Shown here piece by piece: positions 1-14,000 of a stretch of DNA of 64,000 bases. A program made the position numbers and the translations under genes. Position 1 is the first letter of the stretch. Each line of letters begins with the position of its first letter. Below the pieces are notes generated by a model. It saw nothing but the letters and a program-made list of their open reading frames with translations, did no database searches and had not been told where the DNA came from. Origin of the DNA: Acanthaster planci (taxonomy: Eukaryota); contig NW_019091357.1 in the NCBI RefSeq assembly GCF_001949145.1, forward strand, positions 1,729,704 to 1,793,703, written 5' to 3'.

Positions 1-3000
1 CTAATGAGCCGGTCAACACAACAACATGAAAAATACCCTCTTTCTGGACAACAGATTCAGAGGCATTTTGGGGTCAGGGTTAAATCCATAGCAAAGGATT
101 GATGAGGAGCAGTCAAGGGACTGGAACCACTGACACAAATCCAGCTTGAAAAAGTGTTTGCAGTGCAAAAGAAAATGAGTTTTTTCATGTCCATAGTGTG
201 TACAAACATGTACATTGCATACGTGAAAGATACACGTACATTACATGTAGGCATCTTATAAGATGGCCCTTCCTTTCTCAAGTCACAGCACCAAAACCTG
301 CCCAACGCATGCATCTCCAGCACACTGACAACACACCCCGATGCAAGTCTTCATCCAGCCTTCCTCTGCCAACATGCTGGCCAGAGGTGTTGGCGAGATC
401 ATCTTGTGACCTCATCGCACTCATCACCTCCTCGTCTCCCTCTTCACAACACCAGGATGCGGGGGCCCGCGTGCATGGCCGAGGGGCAAGTCTCAGGGGG
501 CCAAGGGTGTTGGGTGTTTCTGAGTACGTCAGGCAAAGCTGAAGAGGGCCATCCAAGAAGCACCTTACGAGTCAGGTGGTACAATGAACCATCGGGGGGG
601 GGGGAACCTACCTTTAAACCTGGAGGTTTTCAATTTATTTTCACATTTCAACTGTACATGTAAACATGGTAAATGTACAATGCACCTGCAGGACAGTGGC
701 AGAAAGTTTTACAGCTAATACAAACTGTATGCAGGAGTTTCTTGTGAAACGTTGCTTTTAATTTTACAGGATATGAAGATGTTACAGAAGTTTTAATTTC
801 AACTACAGGTACACTGTACATGTACCGGCATGGGTATCATATATGAGCTACATGTAAAACACTGGAACCATGAACCTGACACCAAGTACAGGTGCTTTCG
901 TGCTTAACTGTAGAGGTAATTTTGAGAATCAAATTTTGCGAGATTTAATCTGGTACACCATCCTAAATTTAAGCGTCGAGTTTAAAAATACAAACGGGTG
1001 TCATTAAAACTACAGGCATGGCACATGCAAATTAGCACGGTGTACAGTGCATGTTCTTTCACAACAGAATACACACATGTCCTCTCACCGTAAATATATA
1101 TATATACAATTAATTTTTAATTTATAATTCATGCATGTGCCCCTAGAGTGGACGATGCATGCTGCATTAACCCACAAGCCTGGTTTTGTGCATTAGACCA
1201 AAGAATAAACTTCGTACTGAGTGATGAATGCATGACTAACGATTCGTCTTAATATTTAATAATTAAACACAACCGGGGAACAAACCAGTACTCTGAGGGT
1301 TTTTCCTGTCAAGAGCATAAAATTTACACACGTGTATGGTGTAGGCACTGTACTCTTCATACAGTTCACATCCCTGCAGCTTGTTTTTTCGCCACATTAA
1401 TGCCGAACGTCAGTCAATACCACCCACAGTTCGTTTCAATAATTTCACACATCAAGAGAATGAAAGCACTGCAGTGTGATTTAATGCCATCCTTGACACC
1501 GGCTGAGATCAGTCACGGAACAAGTAATGCTTTAATGTTTGACACAAGCTCTGTTGATTAGGTTTACATGTAGTTTCATGGGTCCTGATGAGAAAACAGT
1601 TAAGGATTTGAATCCTGTATATGTAGTCATTTATAATTTGAACTCAATAGAAATACTGTAGTGAATGGTTTAACAAGGGACAAAACTTCAAATGCAAGTT
1701 GAATGCTATGCAAACAAATCCCTAGAGTACTATAAATGTAATTAATTTGAATTAATCACCTCACAGAATACAGACCGTCACATTCACAACCTAATTGATT
1801 AGTGCTGATGGGAGCATGAATGTGCAAGGCACACACACTCTTTGATGAGCTGTGATGAATGCTGTTGGCTGACAAGGATGAATCAAGCTTTAAAATTTGT
1901 CGCCTGAGTGAAACCATTAAGGTTTATTCACTGGCAAGAATTACATAATGGTCTCTGAGACTCCGTCAACACAACTAATGCTTGCCCCTCGATATTCAAT
2001 CACACACACGATTTGGCTACGGGCGCCCGGGATTCTGGTAGATAATCCCTTCGTGTGGAGAACGTCCGCGCGGTAATTTGGCAACCGCACAAATTACACC
2101 GTCTAAGAAACCTCCGTCCACGCCCACACGATTACCGCACTGGCTGTAATTAGGGCACCGGCTCTCGCGGGATACCGAGCTGTAGGACACGAGCAAAATA
2201 ACATCAGAGTGTTTGGACTCCTTCTGTGAAGCATGAGCAGCTGAACTGTGCATGGGTTTATACTGTGAGGATCAGGCCCTCTGAGCGAGGATGGATGGAA
2301 TGTGTCTTCACATTCTTAAACAAATTGGATTGCCAATAGACTTCCTATGTACATGTACATGTATTTTCTAGGTTAAGCAGTCGACCATCACTGATTTTCT
2401 TTTCTTCTGTTTAGCTGATGCTACACGTACATGTACCAACTGCAGGAAAGTCCATATCACAAGAATGTAACCCTTACATAAGACTACACAGTTTATGCTA
2501 CATGTACATGTATTGTGCATCTTATATCAGAGAAATTTTTATCTGGTTGGTTTACCAGCTGTGATTAGATTACACATTCGGTGATGGTGTGAAAACAAAC
2601 AAATCATCCAATGTTGTGAAGTACATGTATCTACCTACATGTACATGTACGTTGCACATGTAAGTTGCACAGCTGAAGTCTATGATACACGTGCCTACAT
2701 TGTAAGTGTACCACTGCACTGAACATAAATGTATACATGAAGTAAAACATGTTCTGTTCCACACAGAGGTAAAGAACAGCCCAGTAGCATACCGCCGTAC
2801 ATGTGGCGGTATTTTTCCAACCGTGTACATGTACGTACAGTCCAAAAGACGGCATGTTAATAATGTGCACGTGTGCAATATCTGAACATAATGCAACCTA
2901 CATGTACACGCTACACAAACCAAAACTAATATACATGTACCATGTACATACATGCGTGTACATGTGTCAAAACATGAATCTGAATGTGCACGAATATTTG

Positions 3001-4367
3001 TAATACGTGTATTTCCCAGACATGCCGGATGGGAAACCCTAAATTTATCCTACATAAAGCCTTACTATATCTCTAAATTATGGTACGGTTAACTTGAACA
3101 TGCACAAGCAATTGTAACTTGCACAACATAACGTTACACGTACCGGCACGTGTTTGTATAACGTGTAAAGTGAAGGAAGAATGTTGTACATACATGTACA
3201 TCGTACCGGGGGGGGGGTACGTACATGTACAAATGTACATCTAAATCTCTGCTCTCAATTTGAAGATTTCACAATGACCTTTCCGGCTTGCTTCCAGTTA
3301 CAGTGCAATGCACTTCTTGGATTACTCATGGACTACACACAAACACATATCAGGACATCTACAATACCCTCCAGGCCCTTTTTTATGTTAATGTATACAT
3401 TTTTTTCCCCTCTACTACTAAGAAGGCACTCTTCAGTTTCCAAAGTGTGCACACTGTACAGTGTATATGTACATGTACATGTACATGTACATGTATGTAC
3501 GTGTACATATGTGTACATTGTACATGTCACAAGTTTAGGGCCAGGGAAAGAAACCCACATGTACATGTACATGTATTACCAGTACATGTGTAGTTTCTCT
3601 GAAAGACATAAGGAACTTGATCAGAATTTGCACGATTGATTAAAAGCCAGCTACATGTGTACTGGCACAAGTACCAGTGAGCCTTCTGGGTACAAACATC
3701 TACATCTTACCCCTTATGGTAAAAAAAACCAAACACATACAGTAGGCCATGTGCTTACTACGCATGCACATGCACATCACAGAACACTGTCCAGGACTCA
3801 TGCACATGTACACATGACATCCAATGCAATACAAGTGCACACATGTACACCAACTAGAATTTCTCTTCTGTTACACAGTTGTGGCGGGGATTGCTAGATT
3901 CTTTTCTCCTTCCTCTGGTAATGTGTCTGGGGACTGACTGCCTGAGTACATTGTAGATGATTGATGGCCTTAGGCACGTGTGCATCTCATTACTGTAATG
4001 TGCATCGTCTACTGGCGTTGGTGTTTGCATGAAAAAACAGAATGAAGAAAGGGGAAAAAAATCGGAGAGAGCACATGTACTAAATTGGAACGACTTTAAT
4101 AAACCAGCATGCTTTTTGGAGAGTGCAACTGTGGAAAGAATTCATTTCTTTTGAACTGAAAAATCATTTCTAAAAGCATTAGATGTAAACTGATGACTTT
4201 TCTAATCACGCTTTCACGGCTTTAGTCAATGATGCGTAACAGGTAAGGAAATGTTCAAGTTTTGAACTCCAAGCATCTCTCTAATGCCTTTGTGCTTACT
4301 CATGTACATGTACACTAACAAAACGTAACTCAGTGGCACCAAACGCATGTGCGTGTACATGCGTTTA

Positions 4368-4814
4368 TGTGACCGGCTCTAGAAAAATGGGTAATAAGTC
4401 ACCAGATTCAGGTTGTCAGTTTTTTATATGGCTGGACTGAGTACATCAAAAACTACAATTTGATTTATGAATGACCCTTGTAGTGCGCTGCGTTCCAGAG
4501 ATATTTAGACATTTGTATATATCCACATTTTCTGATTCAATAAAAGCTTTTTTCAGGAAAAAGTTCAAAAAGTGTAGCACTTGGAAACACAATGCTATGT
4601 AGGATTTCCTACTGAATGATCCATTTTTCATCTTTATTCATCAGTATCCATGTTTGTAGTCACAAATTCTGAAAACATAAATGTTATACAAGCTAATAGA
4701 GGAAAAAACACAAAATCACAGTTTTGAAGACATTTTGCCCTCTCCAAATAGAAGAGGCCATCACATATTTTGGAACTGCGCGACTTATTACCCTTTTTTG
4801 CAGAGCGGGTCACA
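4368..4814. mobile_element. MITE (non-autonomous DNA transposon) with about 33-bp TIRs and TA flanks
   Basis: Left TGTGACCGGCTCTAGAAAAATGGGTAATAAGTC versus right-end reverse complement TGTGACCCGCTCTGCAAAAAAGGGTAATAAGTC; TA on both sides; AT-rich non-coding interior. Confidence 0.8.
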
Positions 4815-5529
4815 TACATGTACATGTACAGTGTACATGTACTTGCATGTGCTCTCACAGCGTCTCGGCAGGGAAATTCATGTGGCGGAGTTTATGGCAA
4901 AGGGGCAGGCTCTGATGAGTTTATACATACATGTACATGTACATGCATTGTACTGTTCCTAAATCATTATGTACAACGTACATGTAATGTGCATATGTAC
5001 AGGTGTACCTGTACCATAACACCAACATGGTTTTACTTGAAGCTCAACGGTGCTGGCTCATAAATATTCATAATAGCTGGCAAGGTGTTGGAATGCAGCA
5101 GGCAAGAGTTGAAACTTGTGCAATAATCACAGCTGCGTGCGCAATCACTGAACACTTGCACAGACACAAGTCTGTATTATGACATGCTAAAGATCAATAT
5201 CAGGGGATTGAGATATGTACATGTACATTGTACCCGATATGTGTACATGTACACCAAATGGTTGATCAATATTGCTAAAAGCACACAGTACATTGTAAGC
5301 ATGATTTTGTATGGCATATTGCATGTACTGGTACCACATGTACATGTACATGGTCAATCTTAGTGCACACATTTGGACATGTTTATGCACATACCAATAT
5401 AGAGTACATGTACATGTACATGTATGTGTACACCCATGTACATGTACTTGAATGTGACAGTTCTGAACATGTTCCCACAATCTACAGTTGTACATGGACG
5501 GGTATCTTATTCTATCTAATCTGTTCAAT

Positions 5530-5835
5530 AGGGTGGTGCCAGACTATTAGGGGTTCCTTCACCTTCCATCTCTGCAGCCCAGGTTCGAATCCTGGCCCGG
5601 TCTACATGTGGATTGGGTTTTCAGTCCCTACCTGATTCTGTGGGTTTTACCCAGAATATTCCTCTGGGGTTTTCCTCCCACCTCTACAACTGTAACTGCT
5701 TCTCACTGTCTCCTCTCTACAGGTTTCTTTAAGGCTCGCTACACATATACCAGTACCTTGAAGTGCCTAGGATTCTCCGTTGAAGAATCCTTGGTGCCAT
5801 TACCAGAAATTCTATAATAAAATTACAATAATGAA
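5530..5835 (+). mobile_element. tRNA-derived SINE
   Basis: B-box GGTTCGAATCC at 5582-5592, SINE-like body (TGTGGATTGGGTTTTCAGTCCCTACCTG...GGGGTTTTCCTCCCAC) and A-rich simple tail. Boundaries approximate. Confidence 0.65.
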
Positions 5836-6553
5836 AACAACAATTTTGGCGATGACCACTTGTAATAAGCCATTTGAGAGTTAAATTTCAATAAAATCTG
5901 GTACACCGAGTCCTTTAAATTCACATGAACATTTAACAACTTGAATTCTCCATACTAAAACCACTGTTGCTATACCTCGTAATTCAAGGCAAGCTTTTGC
6001 TTACAACTACACATGTAGTTACAGTGTGTACGGTACATAAGAGATGCCTTCCAACAATACACTGTTCTCAATGGAGAAGGACGGCACCAAGGAACCAATC
6101 CATTCCAGAGATGGTGGTTGCTATGCAAAAGCTTGCCCAGAATCACGAAGTACATGTATAGCAACAATGTCTTTAGTCTGGGGAATTCAAATCATTATGT
6201 TTATGTGCAATCAGGTAACACAGTGTACATGTACGAGATTTCATTCAAATTGAACTCGCAAGAGGCTTACTGGCTCTTGGCTTTCACATGTTGTTACGAT
6301 ATCAGGCTAGAATTTTCAAAGAAAACAGAACAACTTCTTTTTAAATCAATAGTGCTGTACAATAGTGAGATACATGTACATGCACCACTTGTTCATCTTC
6401 ACAAACAATGGGGCGACATTCTTTGAAAACAAATTTATAACTGAATTATTTCCACCAAAGGAACAGGCTTCTGTGTGAGCATTTAACACAAATTTGAAAT
6501 GTGAAAGGAGATCTTCGGTTGCCTGGATGAAGGAGGTACATGTAAGCACTTAC

Positions 6554-7860
6554 GCCCTTTTACCAGGAAGCATGATCACTGCAAAAAAAAATTTCCCCGC
6601 AAAAGGACATATGTATGCAACTATTTCATTTGAATGTAAAATAAAGATTTCTTTGCAAAACTCTCAGAAAACAAATTCCCAAATCATTTGATAAGTTGTT
6701 CAAAGGTTGCTTTTTGCACAGCCTGTATACATACTCTCTCATCATCTGAAGACCAAGTTAGGCAAGTGCTAGTACAAGTATGTCCTTGTCAATACAACAA
6801 ACAATGCAATATTGGAAATGGTTTTGTACACGGACATCACTTAACACCCTGTGCACAAACCCTATGAGACTGGTCTGAATTTTTTTTTCTAAGTAGGCAC
6901 AGGCTCACTAGGCACTAATAAATTTAACTTTTCAGGACATTTTACCACTTTCTGATGGCTATTAACCTACTGCAAATGAAAATTAGTGATGTCCGTGCCT
7001 GAATATGGAACTCTTACTGCAAAAAGTGCACTATTCATCAGTGTTTATCCAGGCTTACCAACTATGCCAACCGACAAAGAGTTGCCAGTGTCATCAATAC
7101 AATCAGGTGACAATGAGACAATGCAATGTCTAACCCCAGAACTGTGGGGTCCGACGTCCGCCCTGGGAGTCGGACCCCACAATTCTGGGGGTATGCGATG
7201 TTTACAAATACAATGCATTCGCCAATATACAATAACTGACCAACCGTGCCAGGCCGACCCAAAAATGACAAAGTACCGGTAGCCTACCATGCCTAGTACA
7301 TCTTGCCAAGGACAGGTTCCCTGAACATACATGTGCATACACAAGACTAAAGAAGAGAAGAGACTAACATATCAAGCAAGATATGCAAGCCCGCCGGACG
7401 CCGCGAGGTTAGCTACTGTACTGTGTAAGCCCGCGCAGCGCGTCTGCCCGGCCCATCCCATTCACTGACCACCCCCTAGGTCACTTGTACATGTACAACA
7501 TGTAGGCCTAGGCTATAGTATCATAACTTATCAAGATGCAAGTCTCCTCGAAGTCGTATCATTCGTAAGTCGCATCATCATTTGCAACTCAAAAACCTCG
7601 GCACACACACTTACCATGAGTCCCAGCAGCCCCTCTCAGTGACTCGGTGACCTCCGGCATGGCTCCGTTCGTCTCCGCAAATTCCTCTGAGAAGCACGTC
7701 GATTTCCTTGGGCAAATATGTCCGGAAACTATCACAGTGCCGAATCAAATTCTGCGCATAATAATTTCCCGCACCAAAGCTTAAGATTTACGAGTGGCGA
7801 TTTACATACAACGCCCTCTTTCGGTAGGAGTGTTGACAAACTGTGACCCCAGGCCATTTT
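6554..7860 (-). other. Probable 5' end of an unidentified gene transcribed divergently from LMBRD1 (first exon ending at 7615, possible 25-nt microexon at 6554-6578)
   Basis: CpG-rich block with strong - strand donor CATG|GTAAGT at 7615/7614. ATG at 7660 (gagccATG) gives MPEVTESLRGAAGTH. A T-rich acceptor and GTAAGT donor flank 6578-6554 and continue the frame (VIMLPGKR). No homology recognised. Confidence 0.35.
7134..7190. repeat. Short hairpin/inverted repeat
   Basis: CCCCAGAACTGTGGGGTCCGAC ... GTCGGACCCCACAATTCTGGGG (one mismatch); a related fragment CCCACAGTTCTGGG is near 8597. Confidence 0.7.
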
Positions 7861-8086
7861 TTTTGGAATGTACCATCACCATTTTAGGAGTACATAACTT
7901 TTGAGAGAATAATCAAATTTTGTTTTTGATGAAATCTACGCAGAAAGTTTTAGAGCTTACCCTGATATCCAACAACTGAAATATCGTTTGTTTCTTTCAA
8001 GTATTATTCTTGAATTTTTAGAGATACATTATTTACACCCGTTCGTTAAGTAGAATCGCCCAAATAGCATAACATTGAAAACAAAC
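7861..8086. promoter_or_regulatory. Putative bidirectional promoter between the unidentified - strand gene and LMBRD1
   Basis: Short gap between two head-to-head first exons, with YY1-like AAAATGGC/AACATGGCG motifs at both ends. Confidence 0.4.
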
Positions 8087-11000
8087 ATGGCGATCCCTGT
8101 TGAAGTACCACTGATCACTTGGGGATCATTTGGAGTCTCTTTTGTGGTAAGTTCTTGTGTGGAGAAAGTTGTACTCAGAGAAATTAACTTCATGTAGTTG
8201 TTTGACATAAATTGCGTTGCTTTAATGTAGGCAATGAGATATGATAAAAACTACCACCTGATTGGCGAATATTGTCACTGAATGTGCGAAAAAAAGAAAA
8301 GCATGTGATCATGATGTGGGCCTACCTGTCATGCCCGTCGTGCCTACCTAGTACCTGGGCATGCCAGAAAACTGGGGGGTTCGTCATAAGCCTTACCATA
8401 CTTATCGCAAATGCTGCAGGGGTGATTTTGCACAATGGTAGAAAGGCATTGTTGGAAGGAAAAAGGGGCGATGTTTGCTCCTTTTTCTTTCCCACAATGC
8501 CTTTCTACCATTGTGCAAAATCACCCATGCAGTATTTGGGATAAGGCTTAAGTTAAGTTATGTTCAGCGTCAGCAGGAGTGCAGCATACTATGAATCCCA
8601 CAGTTCTGGGAATAATATAATGCATGTCATTTGGTAATTATGTAGGCCCACATTGGTGAACATGATGAACGTGCCATGTTGAAAGTGGATTTCATTTCAG
8701 AGTCCTCGTCTTTAATAATTCAATTTCCGAAGTTGTTAACAAATTATCTTTAACGTGCGTGACTTTACACAGTATAGTCACCAGGTCCCTAATTTTGTCC
8801 CTTACTGTGAAAACCAATCAGACTTGACAATAGGTGGCAAAATTAGTGACCTGGCGACTATATGGTCACAAACATTTGTTCCTGTACTGGCTTACAGGTG
8901 GCACTGCTGTTTGCCGTGTACTACATCTGCCATTTTCAGGGTAAAAGACACAGGGAACGAAGTACAACTGTCACAGGTAAAATAAAAAGGCGGGGGTAGA
9001 AAACAGTCTGATTAAAATAATGTTAGAACTTAATCTTCTGTTTTAACATTTTTTATTTACATCTTCGCAAGAAAACAGGAATTGATTTTTCATACAAGTG
9101 TCATCTTGTTTGACCTCTTAAGCTTTCCATGCCAACATGCCTTAGCAATTCACTTTTGATAATGAGCAGGGGTAGTTTTGTTTTTTAAAAATGGAGGTGT
9201 TACAAGTTGTAATTGATTGTCGTCGTTAATTTTTCCCACCAGCTGTTTTGGCACTGACAGTGGCCATTTTGACTGTTGCCCTTGTGCCCATAGACATCTT
9301 CTCCGTCTCATTCTTGAAGAACGATGATGGGACTTACAAGGTCTGTGTGAAGATTTGCATGTTGGCTGAGGATTTCAGTGAATGAATACATGTACATGTA
9401 GCAGCAAACAACATGAAAACTGAACCAACGGCTGGATTTGAGTCTAGTGATTGTTACTTGAGATTCTCACCAGTTGATTTTGTACAATTTTTAAGCAGAC
9501 ACCTCCACGATCCAGTGAATTTTCCTCCAAAACTTAAGATGCGTATTGTTTTGATTTACATCCATTCAGGAAAAAAAAAGTAGTTTCAAAGCCTGTGAGA
9601 AATTCTGTATCTTTCTCTGACTAACGCTGGTTTAGCCATTTTTCTTGTAGGAGTGGGCGGAATCCAATGCCACAAGGGAGTACATCACTGACACCTTGCT
9701 GTACTCTTACTACGGTGAGCGTCTTAAAAATGATGTCCGTATTCATTCTCCCTTCCCTCCATTCATTAAGATGAACAAGTTTTGTAATGCATGTTTCTCC
9801 CCACAGTGTTGTACGGATGCATTGCGTTTTTCGTCTTTCTGGCCATTCCATTCATGATTTTCTACTACGAGGAGCAAGATGAAGAAACAACCACTAAAGA
9901 GGTACAGAGTACGATCAAAAGCATTTCAAGTTTGAAGAAAGATCTAAGACAAGTAGCTGCCAACTGCTGACTGTCCTAAAATACATAATGTTAAAGAACG
10001 CTACATTTCGATTCTCCCAGGATCTTTCCTAAAGGTAGGCTTGGATTGAAAAGTCAGGTCCTCTGACTGGTAAGCACAGTTTAAATTTGGCCAGATGATA
10101 TGAGGAGCTTTTGTAAAATGTCTGTGTTTTCGTCTACGTAGAGAATTTGTGGAGCTATCAAGTACACTGCCTGCTTCGTGATATCTGCTGCTGTTCTGCT
10201 CGTCATTGGGTGAGCCGTTACCATGTTTTCTCAACAACGTACATGAGCTTTCGGCCCGTAACTAACCAGTTGAGGTGTTTTCACTCAGAAAATGCATAAG
10301 TGCTTTTCAAACAGAAAAGAAAAACCGAAGTATGAAAGATTCGGATAAATTTAGTGAATATGGCGACAGATGATCAAAACTATTCCCTTCAGAAGGAACA
10401 CTGAGCAACAAGTGTCATTTGTTGATGTTAACGGTTTATTTGCTCATTTCCAGAGCCTTTGTTCCACTACAAGAGATACCCAACCGAAACGCCACAAACT
10501 GGGAGGATTTTGAGTACCTTCTGACGGAGTTTGGCAAAAGTAGTGAGTTCCTGTCGCTCCCTTTGACGTAGTCACTGTCATCTCTCCGTGTAAAGAGATA
10601 TTCACATTTTTTTTCTCACGAATCTGTTCATTTTATGGTGAGTTGTTTTCTTTTTGTTTGGTTTCAGAGGGAGAGACTGCTCTGTATTTTCTCATCGGCT
10701 TTGTCACACTGATAGGAATGCTGGGACTCATCTTCTACACGGTTAGTCTTCTAAATTGTGCGTTCAAACTTAAAGTTGCCATCAAGTCTGTCATATGTCA
10801 GTCTCTAATCTCTTGCACGTCGGTCAGTCTTTCAGTACATAACGTCAGAAGCTCTTCAAACTGACTTTGACAAAATGCCATTTTCAGTCATTTTTTGTTA
10901 ATTCCCTGTTACTTGTGATCGGATATGTGACGTGACTGATGTTTGACTAACTTCAAACTCAATTAAAAACTCCAAACCAAATGCCTCCCACAGGATCAGT

Positions 11001-14000
11001 AAGAAAAGATCTCTGTATCTGGGGGTTAATGTACATATGGTTGCACAAAAATGCATTTGGGAGTCGGGTAAGCAACGAAAGCCTGCTGTGTTTCTCCTTC
11101 AGGCCTACGGCGTCACTGCCCTGCCCGTTGACCTCATCAAAGGTCGTCGGAGTGCCGAAGAGGAGTTGGAGGATGTACAAGAGACCGCTTCTGCAAACCG
11201 AGACCGGGTCCGGACACTCCGACGGAAGGTAAGAAGGGGTGCCGTTGGGGACGTTGATTGCTGAGCGTTTCCAGCGATCCTGCAAGAAATTCCGAAGCAT
11301 ACTCGCCCAGCTGACACCCACGATTTTGTTAAAGTATCCTCTGCATCCAGGTGACTTTTGTCAAGTTGAGCGGACGACTAGCGAGACATATCCACCTGAA
11401 GGCTTTGAGTCCTACTTGATTAGAATTCTTAGGCCGTTTCCAAATTCTGGCGTGAAGGCCATCAAATAACAGGTGTGTCTATGGCAAATGTGCTAGGCCA
11501 CGAGCCAACAGCTTCCACGAGCATCTGATCTGTAGCGCTGGACAGCTCTCAACACTGCATGCAACAAAACATCAGGTCACTAGCTACGTCGTACTTTCCT
11601 CCGTCCAAGGCTATGTCTTCAGCGTGTAGGTCCAAACACGACATCTCAAGCATATTGTTTCTCATTGAATATTTTCATGTCGCAGCGTCGCCGAGGCAGA
11701 AACCTTTCAGCCACTGAGCGCCGTCATCTGGACGATCTGAAAGACGAGGAGGAACTGATCCAGCGGAAAGAGCGCCACCTGGTGGCCATCCAGCAGAAAC
11801 TCTGCTACAGGTGCACTTGGGTATGGCGCCCTCTGCAGGTCATCATCGGGATTGTTCTCATACTGGTGGCCATACTGGTGTTCGGCTCTCTACTTATCAG
11901 CAGGTATCTATCAGCTCGGTTTATTAGCTTCTTACACGGTCATCAGAGTGGGGCCACACACCTTTCTTCGTTTGCTCGGGCGATAGTTGCCGACTTCTTT
12001 GAGCTCGGATATTTTTCATAGTTTCAGATGCTAGTATTATGCTCTAATTTGTCCAAGTTTCTTCATTAAACCTAACCTGATTCACTGCCCCTTCTTTCCA
12101 GCTTGGATCGTCTTTTGCACTCGCTAGGCTACAAGACAGGCTACATTCTGACAAAGAGCACTTTGCCTAATCCCGTAGACATGCTCTTGGTGGTCATGCA
12201 ACAGGTTTGTGCCAACCTTGCTTCAAATCCAATGAAAGTGATAGAGTTACCTCACGGACATAGCCCCTGATCTAAGCCATACCTGTTGATTGTAAACCCA
12301 GTTGATGCTTGGTAGAACACTAGACCTGCAGTCCAGCGGTCTCTGGTTCAACTCAGAGCCTTGCCAAATTTTTGTTGTTAGAGATGCATTCAGACTTGTG
12401 CTGAGTGAGTCAACTGACTCCTTTGTCATCGGAAAATAAAACAATAACCCAGCAGAACCTCAAAGCCTCGGGTTCAGTTCTCCACTTAGGCAAAATTCTG
12501 CTTTACAGTAACTCGTAAACTTTCTTTGTAGGTATTTCCTTTGGACTACATCGTGTTTGTCGGCCTAGTCCTCTTCTTCATCTACTCATCGATGGCCGGT
12601 ATCCGCAGGATCGGAATTTGGTTTTTCTGCGTCAAGGTACACATCTTCAACACCTTTCTCTCAATTCAGAAAGTTAACTGTCATTTGTAATGATCAAAGC
12701 ACCCCAACCTGTACCTGGTTTGAATGATGCAGTTTCATTCAATTTCAAAAGTTATTGTTGGTGATTTCTAGGGCTAAAAGGCGTACACTTTCAGACGAAG
12801 GCTATGCTAATGAGCTGCTCTTAGGCCATTTTAGGACTCGTGGAGAGGAACAAGTAGCCTCTTAAAAAAAATCTAATATCAGTCATTTTCTTTTCTGTGA
12901 GAGGTTCAACCTTGAAAAATGCATTCCCATTGTAATTGACGGTGTTGGCTTGATATTCTTTTGACTCGCCTCCACTCTCTTTCCACCTAGATGTACAAGA
13001 TTCGGCCTCACCATACCAAGCCACAAGCTCTCCTCTTCCTCTGCATGTATCTGATGTTTCTCCTCTTGGCCGTCAACGTCATGCTCTATAACTTGGCACC
13101 AGACTACATGACCTACGGACACCAGAAATTCCTCCCGGTATGTTGCACGCCGGCATGTCTCTCTTTCAGAGTAGGCCGTGCAAAGCCGCAGAATTTTGAT
13201 GAGAGCTGCTTCCATTTCTTGAACACTGTTGCCTTGATTGCCACCACCCCTACCTGAGAGTTCACCATCTTAACCCCACCACACCGTCTCCAGCACCGCC
13301 ATCACCTAGGACTCATCACCACCGTCACCTATGTTAGAACCATCACCATGACTATTGCTGGCTTCTCTGCTGCTACTTCTTCACCACAGTCTCAATATCA
13401 CCCTACAACCGCCACCCCCATCCCCCTACCACCACGCCCGCCACCACGCCCACCACCACGCCCGCCACCACACCCACCATCTTAATCATCTTCCCCATCC
13501 TCAATTTAAATAACCCTTACACAGGCTGCCTCGCCTCTTCCGAGTTAGCTGTTTACATGGGTCTTTTTTTTTTCAATTTGTACACCCTGTTGTGACTAGG
13601 ACAATTCTAGTGAACCGGAACAGTGCACGACGTCCGAGTCAAGCTCAGGTATGCCTCTCTGTCCTTCCAGATGACAGGTTCATAGCTTTTGACCCGTGCA
13701 AAATTAATTTGGGAAACAAGTAAACGTGTAGATTCTCATTATCAGAAAATAGCCGTGTAAATCGTTTTTCACCCGGCATTCGTTTTCTGCACTGTGCAAG
13801 TAAACCTGACTTCATTCTACCGTTTTATGAGTTATGAGTCCTTTTGCGACTCTTGTTCATGATCACAGCAGTAAATCCTGAACCAATTAAGTCCAAGGGA
13901 GTTCAAACTTCAAAAGCTCAACTCTGCTCTGACATACGCTTGATTCTATTCTAGACAATAACAGCCTAACATCTGACCTTGAGATATATCCGAATCAAAG

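Larger units (their letters stand above)
200..7500. repeat. Domain rich in the palindromic simple repeat (TACATG)n / TACATGTA
   Basis: Many TACATGTA copies, e.g. long runs at about 3468-3495, 4815-4840 and 5404-5425. Confidence 0.8.

Noticed and set aside
278..556. 92-aa - strand ORF in a GC-rich block
   Set aside because: No recognisable homology and no confident splice phase; kept only as a candidate exon of the unidentified gene.
1586..1610. CTGATGA boxes (here and at about 4190, 38883 and 53420 on the - strand) as hammerhead ribozymes
   Set aside because: No stem II followed by GAAA and no stem I/III pairing could be built.
5582..5592. B-box GGTTCGAATCC (also at 56088, degenerate at about 12345 and 12470) as tRNA genes
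   Set aside because: No cloverleaf could be folded; the context is SINE-like.
2570..5635. Many ORFs rich in VHVHV, CTCTC or MYMYM (also at 49.6-52 kb and 56-58 kb)
   Set aside because: They are translations of the stop-free (TACATG)n palindrome in all six frames, not genes.
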